A stretch of DNA of 40,125 bases from Paecilomyces variotii. Its lineage: Eukaryota. Shown here in pieces: positions 1 through 11,056 of the stretch; position 1 is the first letter of the stretch, and the number at the start of each line of letters is the position of its first letter. Where the stretch lies: assembly GCA_004022145.1 (NCBI GenBank), contig RCNU01000025.1; one strand, written 5' to 3'. The translations under genes were made by a program, and so were the position numbers. The notes under the pieces were generated by a model. The model saw nothing but the letters and a program-made list of their open reading frames with translations, had not been told where the DNA came from and made no database searches.

Positions 1-827
1 TGGCCTTGGTTCTGTCCCCTCAGGGTTTGCTTTGCTGGGTAGAGTAGCTGGAATGTTACTGCTGCTAGTTGATGGGTTATATGTTGCTCTTTATTTTTCC
101 ACAGTTCCTATACGGCAATAACATCTATCTTTAGGACTTTCTTGTCCCTAAGAAATGTGGCTATTACCAGCTATGCTTTGTGTGCGTTGTAGTGAATATT
201 TTAAACGACTTTATTAGTGAAGTTGTTTGTCATTGCTCTGCTTGCTGGTCTTATGCTATACTTCATTATTTGGGTCTTCAATTATAGGTGTATCAGTTAT
301 GATCGCGGGAGGGGAGGATCTGATAAGTATTGCCCGTTGTTGGTTATACTTAAGAGTGATGAGTTTCCGGTATTCTGGGCTCTCTGGGTCTAGCTCCTCT
401 AGATTAGGCTCTGGTATAGTGTCAATATTGTTTATCGTTGTAATATCATTGGTAAACTGGGTGAGCTCATCTTTGAAATTATCCTGTTGTAGGATGTTAT
501 ATAGGAGGGCACTCTGTGTGAGCTGGATGTTGAACCAGTTACTGTCATCCAGTTGTTCGTCCATGGTATCCTCCGGCTCTCCTACTCGGCGTTTCTTAGA
601 CACTATGTTGTCTTGTTCGACTCTCTGAGAAGAAGCAGCCTGGGATCTTGTTGACCGCTGCCTTGCCCGAACCACCGAGGATGTGGGTGCTTGTTCCTTG
701 GGCCTAGTTCTGGAACCCTTCGGGCGACCGGGGCCCCTTCTCGGCTTTGTTGGCTCAACCTGCACTTGAGGAGCCCTCTCCGACCTCTCTGGTTCGAGTT
801 CCAGATCTATTATGATCGGTGGTGGGG
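1..827 (-). mobile_element. 5'-truncated Tad1-like LINE (ORF1 C-terminus and RIP-damaged start of ORF2), running off the left edge
   Basis: ORF 256..861(-) aligns by eye with ORF1 C-terminus of the LINE at 4478-11034 (GRPKGSR, SKKRRVGEPEDTMDEQ.DDSNW, ELTQFTN..TTINN); similarity stops near 827. Confidence 0.85.
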
Positions 828-867
828 AGCCAGCAAGATGATACACCAAACTCAAGAACAAAAAGCC

Positions 868-1530
868 ATGGTTGGTCCTTATGTCGCCGTGCTAGTAACT
901 TCAGTGATACGTCGTTCCCCTACCCCCGACAGTCTGTCGGGCTCCGACACCACTTCCAGAAACAAGTTTTCATATATCGCCCCGGTCATTGTGATCTCTG
1001 TTGGACTAACTGCGATACTTCTCTTGAATATTTATTTTCGTCGTCGTTCTTCTCAGCGGGTGACGCCTGTTAATACCCTTCCTGCAAACCAACAACAAAG
1101 CCGCGAGACGAATACAGCAAAAGCACTTCTAGATACCTTTCCCATTGTTAAGTTCAGAGGCCCGCATGATAGCAGTCTGGAAATGGGCGATTTGGCCGCC
1201 GTTTCTCGTGAAAGCAGAGAATTAAGGGCACCAGCTAATCAAGGGCCGCAGCCGTGGGAAACGTCAGAACAAAATACTACGGTGGATGAAAGAGACCTTG
1301 CTCAAGTACATCGGAAAACTTCAAATGTATCACCCACACTTACTCTCGCTTATGCGACGGCAAATGTTGCTTGCTCAATCTGTACCGAGAACTTTACCGA
1401 CGGCCAGAATGTGAGAATGTTGCCGTGTGGTCATCAGTTCCATCCACGGTGTATTGACCCATGGCTTCTCAATCGGTCATATACATGTTCTATGTGCCGC
1501 ATTGATCTCAGTCGGTCTGATCTTGTCTAG
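868..1530 (+). CDS. Single-TM RING-H2 protein (putative E3 ubiquitin ligase), intronless, ~220 aa; may be 5'-truncated by the adjacent LINE
   Basis: Hydrophobic segment IAPVIVISVGLTAILLLNIYF followed by RRR; C-terminal CSIC..LPCGHQFHPRCIDPWL....TCSMC RING-H2 pattern; ATG 868 (838 also possible). Confidence 0.8.
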   Translation: MVGPYVAVLVTSVIRRSPTPDSLSGSDTTSRNKFSYIAPVIVISVGLTAILLLNIYFRRRSSQRVTPVNTLPANQQQSRETNTAKALLDTFPIVKFRGPHDSSLEMGDLAAVSRESRELRAPANQGPQPWETSEQNTTVDERDLAQVHRKTSNVSPTLTLAYATANVACSICTENFTDGQNVRMLPCGHQFHPRCIDPWLLNRSYTCSMCRIDLSRSDLV

Positions 1531-2070
1531 TTGGATAGCTCTAGGGCAAATAATGGGCAACCAAGCTAGGGTTATGACACCTGGATTGCAAAGATAATGC
1601 ATTGTGACTGAAAATCATGTAAAGGATTTCTAGGAGAACTTTGAAATGTCTACGTCAAACTTTGTTAGAATAATCTTCTGTCTCTCGCAGTATGACTAGA
1701 ATTTCTGCCAGAGGGTCCAGGCTGAATGATTTTTAAAAAATGTTGAACCTTATACTCTGATTTATTCCCCAGGCTCTTCACGAACTTCAGTTGTATATAG
1801 CACCCTGGCCAATGTATCCAAGATAGCAATAATTCAGAACATACGATATCCCGGACGGGGTATCCCAGACAACAATGGTGTACTAATCACATGCTTAACC
1901 TTAAAATATCCAGCCTCAAGCGACGGTTGCAAAAAAAAAAGAAACACAACCAAAGAGCTCGGTGTTCAAAGCGGCTCCCGCCAACCCAAATATCATTTAG
2001 GATATAGCACAGTAAGGTGGACATGGACCTTAGCTATACTTTGATGTTGTTGACAGTTGGGTGAGTGTTA

Positions 2071-2113
2071 ACGTATTTCACTACCGAGCGGCCACTACCC
2101 CCGAGTGGCCACC
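2071..2113 (+). repeat. Left terminal inverted repeat of the Fot1/pogo element
   Basis: Exact reverse complement of 3902-3944. Confidence 0.95.
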
Positions 2114-2164
2114 TCACCTAAAACGCGTCAATTAATTTACCCCCTTCTTCTTCAACCACCTACC

Positions 2165-3838
2165 ATGCCACCAATTCGCTCCCGAAGCTCTAGAAATTCA
2201 ATAGAGCAAGAGGGTAGGATCTTATTAGCTATCCAGGCTTTTAAAAATAGAGATATCGGCTCTATTGCTCTTGCAGCAAGCACTTTCAATGTCCCGCGTA
2301 CAACTCTCCGCCGCCGAATTGATGGAGTACAAAACCGCGCGAATTCTCGCGCAAATTCGTCTAAATTAACAGAAATTGAAGAGGAATCGCTTGAAAAATG
2401 GATTCTTTCTATGGATCTACGTGGAGCAGCCCCCCGGCCCTCTATGGTACGAGAAATGGCGGATCTTCTTCTTCAAAAGCGTGGAACTACCCCGGTTCTT
2501 TCGGTCGGCCAAAATTGGGTTACGAAATTCGTTAAACGACGTCCTCTCCTCTCCTCCCGATTCTCGAAACGGTATAACTACGAGCGTGCGAAATGTGAAG
2601 ACCCTAAAATCATTAGGGAGTGGTTTGATTTAGTTCAAAAGACAATCCTTCAATTTGGAATCGACCCCGACGATATCTATAACTTTGACGAGACTGGTTT
2701 CGCGATGGGATTGACTGCAACTACGAAGGTTATTACGCGGAGTGAATACTACGGTCGGAGGCCTGTTTTACAACCTGGAAATCGTGAATGGGTGACAGTG
2801 GTTGAATGTACGAATGCTTCTGGATGGGCCCTTCCTCCGTGTATGATTTTTAAAGGCAAAGTCTTTATTAAATCATGGTTTGACGGCCTTCCGGAGGACT
2901 GGCGCTTCGAAGTTAGTCCTAATGGCTGGACCTCTGATGAGATTGGACTTCGTTGGCTTGAGAAGCTCTTTATTCCTAGTACTTTACGTACGAAGGGGGT
3001 ATACCGGCTTTTGATTCTTGATGGTCATGGCAGTCATTTAACGCCTAAATTTGATGCAATTTGCGAGCAAAATAAGGTGATACCAATTTGTATGCCAGCG
3101 CATTCATCTCATCTTTTACAACCTCTAGATGTGGGTTGTTTTGCAGTACTAAAACGATCGTACGGTCGGATGGTTGAAACTAAGATGCGGAACGGGATCA
3201 ACCATATTGACAAACTTGACTTCCTTGAAGCATACCCTCTCGCACGAATTGAAGCTTTTAAATCGGAGACAATCAAGAATAGCTTCTTAGCTACCGGTTT
3301 AGTACCGTTTGAACCCGATCGGGTTATTTCGAAGCTCAATATCCGGCTTCGAACCCCAACCCCCCCCCCTAGCCGGGGGAGCGAATCAAGCCGAAATTTT
3401 ACACCAAAAACACCAGCTACAGAGAAAGATCTACGTCGGCAGGCTTCGTCAATTAAAGCTCTACTTCGTACAAGATCTCGAAGCCCGCCTAGCCCGTCAG
3501 ATCGTGCATTAAACCAGCTTGTGAAAGGCTTCCGTCTTACAATGCAAGGTGCTATCCTACTCGCCAAAGAAAACAAGGAATTACGCGCCGCCAACGAGAA
3601 GCAGAAGCAAAAGCGTACTAGATCCCGGAGGCAGATACCTGCCGAAGAAGGCCTTTCAGTTCAAGAAGCCTCTGCATTAATTATGCAGCAACAAGAAGCA
3701 ATTGAAGCACCTCTCCCCGGCCCCGGCATGCCTGGAGAATCGACTGTTCAGTCACGTACGCGGCCCCCCCGGGGGTGTGGAATATGCAGATTGCCAGGGC
3801 ATAGGAGAGAAACATGTCCAGATAGACCAGTTAGTTAG
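2165..3838 (+). CDS. Fot1/pogo DDE transposase (HTH_psq, CENP-B HTH, DDE_1, C-terminal CCHC), 557 aa
   Basis: FNVPRTTLRRR HTH; catalytic motifs YNFDETGF, LILDGHGSH, LQPLDVGCF; terminal CGICRLPGHRRETC. Confidence 0.95.
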   Translation: MPPIRSRSSRNSIEQEGRILLAIQAFKNRDIGSIALAASTFNVPRTTLRRRIDGVQNRANSRANSSKLTEIEEESLEKWILSMDLRGAAPRPSMVREMADLLLQKRGTTPVLSVGQNWVTKFVKRRPLLSSRFSKRYNYERAKCEDPKIIREWFDLVQKTILQFGIDPDDIYNFDETGFAMGLTATTKVITRSEYYGRRPVLQPGNREWVTVVECTNASGWALPPCMIFKGKVFIKSWFDGLPEDWRFEVSPNGWTSDEIGLRWLEKLFIPSTLRTKGVYRLLILDGHGSHLTPKFDAICEQNKVIPICMPAHSSHLLQPLDVGCFAVLKRSYGRMVETKMRNGINHIDKLDFLEAYPLARIEAFKSETIKNSFLATGLVPFEPDRVISKLNIRLRTPTPPPSRGSESSRNFTPKTPATEKDLRRQASSIKALLRTRSRSPPSPSDRALNQLVKGFRLTMQGAILLAKENKELRAANEKQKQKRTRSRRQIPAEEGLSVQEASALIMQQQEAIEAPLPGPGMPGESTVQSRTRPPRGCGICRLPGHRRETCPDRPVS

Positions 3839-3901
3839 TTGATTTAATTTAATGGCGTTTTGGTTGAGATAAATGCATTTGAAATTTATACATTTGGGTG
3901 G

Positions 3902-3944
3902 GGTGGCCACTCGGGGGTAGTGGCCGCTCGGTAGTGAAATACGT
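3902..3944 (-). repeat. Right terminal inverted repeat of the Fot1/pogo element
   Basis: Exact reverse complement of 2071-2113. Confidence 0.95.
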
Positions 3945-3946
3945 TA

Positions 3947-4230
3947 AGTCATTCTCTTGTCTAAGATTTTTGAAACTTCCTCCAGAGGCCGGCTCTTCGT
4001 CTCTGGAAAGAGAAAGTAAAAAAATACCAAGAAAATCATGAGACAGCCTACATTGACGCAATGGTAGTTCCAATAGAGCACAAAAAAAGCCACCTGGTTG
4101 ATATATTGGACGAAAAATCCAGCTACAGCATCGATTGAAAACATAGTCGCAAGGCCCTTTGCGTTGTAATATGATGCTCGTGCAACTCTGGAATAAAGCC
4201 GAAACATCGGAAATAATTCCACCACTGTCT
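3947..4230 (-). pseudogene. C-terminal remnant of an MFS sugar porter (lactose/hexose permease-like)
   Basis: VELFP, AGFFVQYINQVA, FYFLFPETKSRPLEEV resemble the sugar-porter PETKG..LEE C-terminus; no N-terminal half visible. Confidence 0.65.
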
Positions 4231-4463
4231 ATACAAAGAACCAAGTTGATTGTAAATCAACCTATATTGTCGTTTTTTATCCCTCAGAAATAAGATTGAA
4301 CTTGTCACAGAAGGTGGCAGGTGGCATGTTTATGTACATGCGGCTGCTGATCTAGCATTTCAACTCATTTCTGATAGAAAGAGCCACTTAGTTCTTGTTA
4401 AGACAGAGATCGGTAGTCTGAGGGTTTGATCCCCCTAACTTGTTAGATTAAGTTTAAACTGAC

Positions 4464-4477
4464 TTGAACACTTAATA
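4464..4477 (+). repeat. LINE target-site duplication, left copy (TTGAACACTTAATA)
   Basis: Identical 14-mer at 11035-11048 directly after the LINE 3' tail. Confidence 0.92.
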
Positions 4478-4610
4478 GAGAGACAACTCTTTCTTGGCAA
4501 AAACGTTTTCTTGAAATATCTCGCCAATCAGAGGTACCAGGATCTCGTGAATTAGTTCATCTTAGTTGTAACTTTACGCGCTGCCATTTGATACCCATTT
4601 TGGGGGTGAA

Positions 4611-6590
4611 ATGGCGGTGATGGTTGCGACTGGTGCAAACGCACAGAAATTGTTCCTGGACGGGAGAGGAATACCGAAAACTATGGTACCCGGTGGCCCA
4701 CCTATATTGATGGACGACATCGCAGAAGGAGCTCACCGGGTGCTAAACTATATTGAGAATAATAGCACAGAGGACCGATATGTCACTGGATATATTCGGG
4801 CTGTCCGCCAATATGCACTCAACGCCTAACGGGGCGATGGCATGGAGATGGCCAAGGTGCTTAAAATGTTGGCCGAGATTAACGCCGATATTAAACGCCT
4901 GAACCAACGTATCAAAACTGTTGAGAAAACAACGAGCACACTATTGATGTCTTTGTCTACCCTTCCTGCTGACTCCGCGGCAGTGTGGCGAGCCTTTTGA
5001 GCTAAAGACTGGCAGCGTGGCTTGGCCCAGGCTGAGACGCCCAACCTCTGTAGCTACGGCACATCGCCTCCGGGGGTCCTGGAAATTGAGCTTTGCGAGG
5101 ACAGGGAATTGATTGTGAAAGTTGGACCCAACTGTGTATAGGTCTGCGCGTTATCACCTAAGGAGCTTGTGGAACGGATAGAGCGACAAAAAGCAATGGT
5201 TACTAGACAGAAGAACTCCACGGCCCTAGCTGGAGGGGCTAGCTTTGTTGTAGCCCGGAAACTGCCATCAGGCGATGTGGTAATGATAGCAAATAGTGCG
5301 GCAGGGGCTAAGACCCTCCGCAGGCACACCGAGTGGCTAAGGGCGTTCGGGCCAGGCTCGATCGTCCAGGAACCGTTATGGGGGGTTGTGGCGTATAATG
5401 TTCCGGTGAAATCGATGAAGCTTACCCCGGAGACGATGACCAACGTCGCAGCTGAACTGCTCGCGCAGAATAACTGGGGAGAAGCTGCCAGGATTCAGTA
5501 TGTCGGCTGGCTGAAGCGGCCGGGGGCACGAGCAGAGGGCTCGGTCCTAATCGAGTTCACTAGCCCAATAGTGGCTAACCACGCGATCGTCACTGGTGTC
5601 GTCTATGGTAAGCAAATCCATCATGCTGTGCGTTTCTGCTGGGAAGGGCGGACAAAGCTATGCAGGAAATGCTAAAAGCCGGGGCATATCCAGTCACACT
5701 GTTCCAATGACTTCAAATGTGGCCACTGCGCCGATGGGCACCCGACCTGGGAGTGCCCATCGACGAAGGGGCAAAAAATACTAGTCAAATGTGCCAACTG
5801 CGATGGAGATCACCGCCCGACTAGTCAAGAATGTCCAGTAAAGAGGGCAGCCATGACCGAGGCTAAACGAGCATTAGCTGATTCATCTACCTACCACCGC
5901 GTGCCTCTGCATTTCCGACATACCGTGGATGGCAGCAAGGCGGCACCTCCGACTACTGGACTTGGAATATCAATGCCTGCACCGGAGAGACAGGCGGAAG
6001 ACGAGTCACCCCAGCAACCCCAACCGGTTGCAATCGACCTGGAAGCGGAACCACATGCTATGGGGGCGCCGGCTAAACAGCATATTGAACTAACAAAGAC
6101 CAGGAGAGGTCTGGGCCGCCCGAAAGGTTCAAGAGTCAAGCCCAAAGATCAGGGACTGCAACCGAGAGACAACATAGCCCCAACGGCAAATCAACGATCA
6201 ACAAGATTGCAGGCCGCCTCTCAGAAAGCGGCCCAGGAACACACCATTTCTAAAAAGCGCCGCGTGGGCGAACCCGAGGACACTATGGATGAACAGCCAG
6301 ACGATAGCAACTGGCTCGATATCTGTCTCCCTCAGGCAGAGCTATTACAGGACTACCCGCAACAAGATCGGTCCGAAATTGAGCTTACTCAGTTCACTAA
6401 CGAAGTTACCACAATCAATAATACTAACAGTCCCGAGCCTAGTCTTTAGAACCTGGATCTAGATAGTCCGGAGTACCGAAAACTAATTACTTTAAAGTAT
6501 AACTGCCTATAATCCATACCAGTCAGATTATCTCCTCCAGTGTTTATAACTGACGCACCTATAATTAAAGATTAAAATAATGAAATATAG
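4611..6590 (+). pseudogene. LINE ORF1 (gag-like), interrupted by a few RIP-type stops
   Basis: CRKC*KPGHIQSHC, CGHCADGHPTWEC, CANCDGDHRPTSQEC knuckles; in-frame pieces 4611-4829, 5169-5675, 5853-6449. Confidence 0.85.
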
Positions 6591-6615
6591 CATAAAACAA
6601 GCGAGCATAGCGATA

Positions 6616-9600
6616 ATGAACAAACATATTAATAAGATTATTCTAATTGCTCTAGTATAATGTACATAAATTGTAGTTAGTAATAGCCACTTTTCTTAGG
6701 GACACAGTGGTCCTTGCGGCGGATATTATTGTAATTTAAGAGCTATGGCGAAATGAACAGCAACATATAACCTACTAGCCAGCGACTATAGTATTTCAGC
6801 TAGTATACCCAGCAAAACAAATCTCCTAAAACTAGAATTAACCTCAGGATCCGGAATCAGACCTATCTCCGCCAGGAATATGCTTCTTCGTCTTGAGGAA
6901 GATTGATCTTAGCACCTGGTCGTGCTAACTGATAATGCAGGATTATCAGCTACTAAAGCTGAGAAAAGCTTATATTAGCAAGGATTAGATAGACCTATTT
7001 ATATATAATATATATAACAGGCCAGGCAGCGATATACTGGTCCAGCTAAAAAATAAATTAGCTAGGCGACTGCTAGCTGAACATATTATAATAGGAGATA
7101 TAAATACTCACCACTTAATATAGGAAGGACTAGGAGTTAGGGCCAATAATAAAGCTAAGCAACTGCTATAGATTATAGATAAGCAAGATCTAGAGCTAAC
7201 TATTGAGCAAGAGAAAGCTATCTAAATATAAAACAATCAATTATTGGTAATTAACCTTATATTTATTAGTTTAAGCCTTAATAGCAGATTTATCTGCTGT
7301 AAGCAAGCGGATAATATTAAGCAAGTATTAGACTATTTTCCTATTAGAATGGCAATTAATATTAAAACACCAATTGCTATATAATAAAGGTAGAGAAACT
7401 AGAAAGCTACTAACAACAAGAAACTAGTCAGAAAAATTGAAGAGGGCCTACAGACTATGGAACAATCTGTGGCCAATTACCTGCAAATTAAAGCGCAATG
7501 TTAAAGACTGATAGAAGTTGTCCAGTCAGCTATTAACTTCTTAACTCTATAGGCGAACCCATTAGTATGGTTAAACCTAGATTTTAATAATAAGTATAAG
7601 GCTGTAGTAAAAGATATCCGCCAACTATAATATATCTACATAAGAATAAAGGACCCTTATAATTGGATATAGTATTCAGAGGCATATAATAAGAAGACAC
7701 GCTTAATTAAGAAAACGCTCTCTAGAGTATACTAACGCCAAGTCTAGCAAGTCATTGAAGACGGGCTATAAGATATGTGGCGCCTTATAAAATAGGTAAG
7801 ACACCGAGATAGGGCATATAAAAAAGGTCTTACTCCTTCCTTAAAAATTTAAGACCCTTAACAGCTGGGTAAGATTGCAGAAATAGTTGATTAAAAAGCA
7901 GAGGCTTTTTAAGCGGCCTTCTTTCTACAACCACTATAAGCAGACCTCTCTAATACTTCGTCCTATTGATATTTATAACTGATCGATTTCCCTCCAATTA
8001 CAGCATAAGAGATACACGATGTAGTAAGGACAGTGAAAGCAGGGAAGGCACTAGGAGATGACAGGATCCTAAACTCCCTGTGGCATAAGCTGATCGGGAT
8101 CCCTAGTGTTTTGCAGGTGCTGGAATATATGTTTAATGCGTGCATCCGCACTAGCTATAATCTAACATATTTTCAGAGGTTAATCACGGTAGTCCTCTGA
8201 AAACAAGGCAAAAGTAACTATTAACTGGCAAAGTCCTACAGGCCAGTTGCGCTTCTCAACACTCTGGGAAAGTTTCTCGAAGCGGTAATTGCACGACGAA
8301 TTAGCTATGCTGTTAAAACCGAAGGACTGCTTCCAAAGACTTATCTCGGCGGCCGACGAGGCATTTCCACAGACTATGCTATTCATATTATGGTCGACCG
8401 AATCAAACTGGCCTGGGGAAAGGGCAAACCTGTAGTGTCCCTACTAATGCTGGACGTGTCTGGAGCATACGACAATGTATCCCACGACAGATTACTCCAT
8501 AACCTCAAAAAGCGAAAACTGGGGCAGCTCGTCCCCTGGGTTAAAGCCTTCCTGTCGAACCGGAGCACAAAAAAAAAAAAAAAAAATTCAAAAAATTCGA
8601 ATGCCGGAAGGCACATCCGATCCGTTTCCGACACACACCCACAGGCATTCCACAAGGGTCGCCAATTTCCCCGATCCTCTATTTGGTCTACAATGCAGAC
8701 CTGATTAAGAACTATAGAAATAGAGTAATAAGCAGCGGCTGGGTAGATAATGCCTATTTTATAATTAAAGGAGATAGCGAGCGGGAGACTATAAGAAAGC
8801 TCTGTTTAGTATGCTAAAAGGCCGACTAATAGGCTAAGACGCACGCTTCGGTCTTTAATCTGAAGAAATATGCGCTCGTGCATTTTATAAATATAAAAGA
8901 GGTCGACCCAAAATATACGGCGCTGAATTTATAAGGTTATATAGTTATAATAATAAGAACGGCCGAGCGGTACTTAAGCTATTAGCTCGATCTAAGCCTA
9001 GACTTCCAACACTACCGCGAGACAGCAGTTACAAAGGCAGGCATATCCCTCCAGGTATTATAGAGCCTGGCCGGCTCTACCTGGGGAAACTCCTTAGCCG
9101 CTATGCGCAGGATTTATTAAGCCATAATTATCCCCCAGTTGCTCTTTGGAGTATCAGCTTAGTACTAGCCTATATTAGCTAATAAAGTGAAAATACGCAT
9201 AATCAGACAACTATTTATAGTTATATAGAAATATGTAGTATACCTAATTAATAGGGCATTTAGGACGACAGCAGTAGAAGTATTAAACATAGAATTATAC
9301 CTACTACTAATTATAATCACTATAAATAAGATAGTTAAAGAAACAGCCCTATAGCTATAAACAGGACCTATATTTACTATACCACCAATAATACTATAAT
9401 GTTAACTAGTGGATAAGAGAGAATAGTCTAGATAATTACTAATAAAGGCGCAAGCCTAAAAAATAAGCAGATGCCTTATAATTCCCTTAGAAACTTTAGC
9501 CAGAGACTAGGAGAGTCGGAAGGTATTTATTTAGGCACTATAATAAGCGCCGCCGGAGGTAACTATTAAAGACAGAGAGACCGCTATAAATTATTATAAT

Positions 9601-10581
9601 AAGACCTTACTTAAAAACTTGCAAGAAAGACCCTTAATACTCTATACTAACAGTAATAGAATTAAAGGAAAGATTAATACAGCGGCGATAGTTAATCCAA
9701 AGAAAAAATATGCTTATAACTAGATAGGCAATAAGGAAATATCTATAGTATATGCCGCGGAGCTCCGCGCTATTAAGATAGCCCTTGCCTTAGCCTTGCA
9801 GAGCACAAAGCTATAGACTGTACTAGCAAAGAATAGGCTCATTATTTTTACAGACAGCTAAGCTATATTAAAGGCACTCTGCCGACCGCGAATATTGTTA
9901 GGGCAAGCCTATCTGGCTGGGTATCTAGACCTGATCTAGCGACTTGCATGCACCAGAGGCATCTAGACAGAGCTTAGGTAAATCCCTGCCCACCAGAGAG
10001 TAACCGGTAATAAAATAGTCAACCAACATATAAAAGAAGCAGCCCAGGAACCTAAAGGATTACAGAATTCTTATAATCAGAATATCCGCCTTACAGCTGC
10101 GGTAAAGCGCTGTATCTACAGTGAGGTAAAGATTAAGTAAGAAAAATTATAGACTAGCAAAAAAACTAGTCGGCCGATAAAATATTTAATTAAAGTATTA
10201 ACCCAGAAGACCCTAGCATATTAGTTAGGCCTAAGGAAAGCAATAACATCAATTCTGATACAGTTTTGTACTAGACAAATTGGGCTATATATATATCTAA
10301 ATTATATTAACAGATATAATTTAGCGCAGTGTAATTATAATTTAGGAAATTAGATAGTTAATTACATTTTGCTGGAGTGCCTGTTACTTTAAAATAAATA
10401 TAAATAGATAAGAAATGCCTTATCTAACTGTAGAGTCACTCTTTAATGCGATAATCTTCTAGAGCGACTAGAGGCTTGCATAATTATAGCGGAATTTGTG
10501 GTTAGAACAGGTCTTTTAGACTAGTTTTAGGCAGTCGACCCAGTCGCTCTTAGTATAGGAGAAGGCGATGAGATAGAATAA
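6616..10581 (+). pseudogene. LINE ORF2 (endonuclease-reverse transcriptase-RNase H), RIP-damaged and frameshifted
   Basis: RT motifs LLNTLGKFLEA, LMLDVSGAYDNVSHDRL, GIPQGSPISPILYL; RNase H-like YAAELRAI; poly-A insertion at 8569-8590. Start coordinate approximate. Confidence 0.88.
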
Positions 10582-11034
10582 CCCCTCAGAATAGTGTAAT
10601 AGAGGAAGAAGGATAGCGCCTGCTAGGAGTGCAGTGCTAGGTCTACTGCACTCCCTTAATCCAAGCAAATATGTAAGCGGAGGCCAACAGCAGAAATAAT
10701 AAAGCAGGAGAGAGTAAGAGAGTAATGCGAAGGCGTAGTGTATATATATCTAGCGAGATAGATCCCGGATTGTGGGAGGATCCAGGGGGAGGATATTTGT
10801 TTTAGGTTAACTGATTTTGTTTATTGTGTTTGCATATCTGCATTTCCTTTATCTTATTTGCATTTGTTCAAGGATAACTAATAAGGAGCTCGCTCTATAA
10901 GCCCCATTAGACAGTTTATCTAGTAAGCAGGCGCCTACTCTATAGCTATCGGCAGGCCCGACAGCACTCCCGCATAGCAGCATATATTTAGAGTAAGCTA
11001 CATCGGGCAAATAAATTCATCATCATTATCATCA

Positions 11035-11048
11035 TTGAACACTTAATA
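11035..11048 (+). repeat. LINE target-site duplication, right copy
   Basis: Identical to 4464-4477. Confidence 0.92.
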
Positions 11049-11056
11049 ATGGCAGA

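Larger units (their letters stand above)
2071..3944 (+). mobile_element. Intact Fot1/pogo-family (Tc1/mariner superfamily) DNA transposon, 1874 bp
   Basis: 43-bp perfect TIRs ACGTATTTCACTACCGAGCGGCCACTACCCCCGAGTGGCCACC; TA at 2069-2070 and 3945-3946; uninterrupted transposase ORF. Confidence 0.97.
4478..11034 (+). mobile_element. Full-length Tad1/CgT1-like non-LTR retrotransposon (LINE), RIP-inactivated, ~6.56 kb
   Basis: 14-bp TSD; ORF1 with three Cys/His knuckles; ORF2 with APE endonuclease, RT, RNase H and C-terminal Zn remnants; (CAT)n-type 3' tail; many TAA/TAG stops. Confidence 0.95.

Noticed and set aside
227-3594. Antisense or overlapping ORFs 227..628, 819..1073, 2376..2633, 3109..3594, 3309..3512
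   Set aside because: Shadow frames of the LINE, RING and transposase genes with no motifs.
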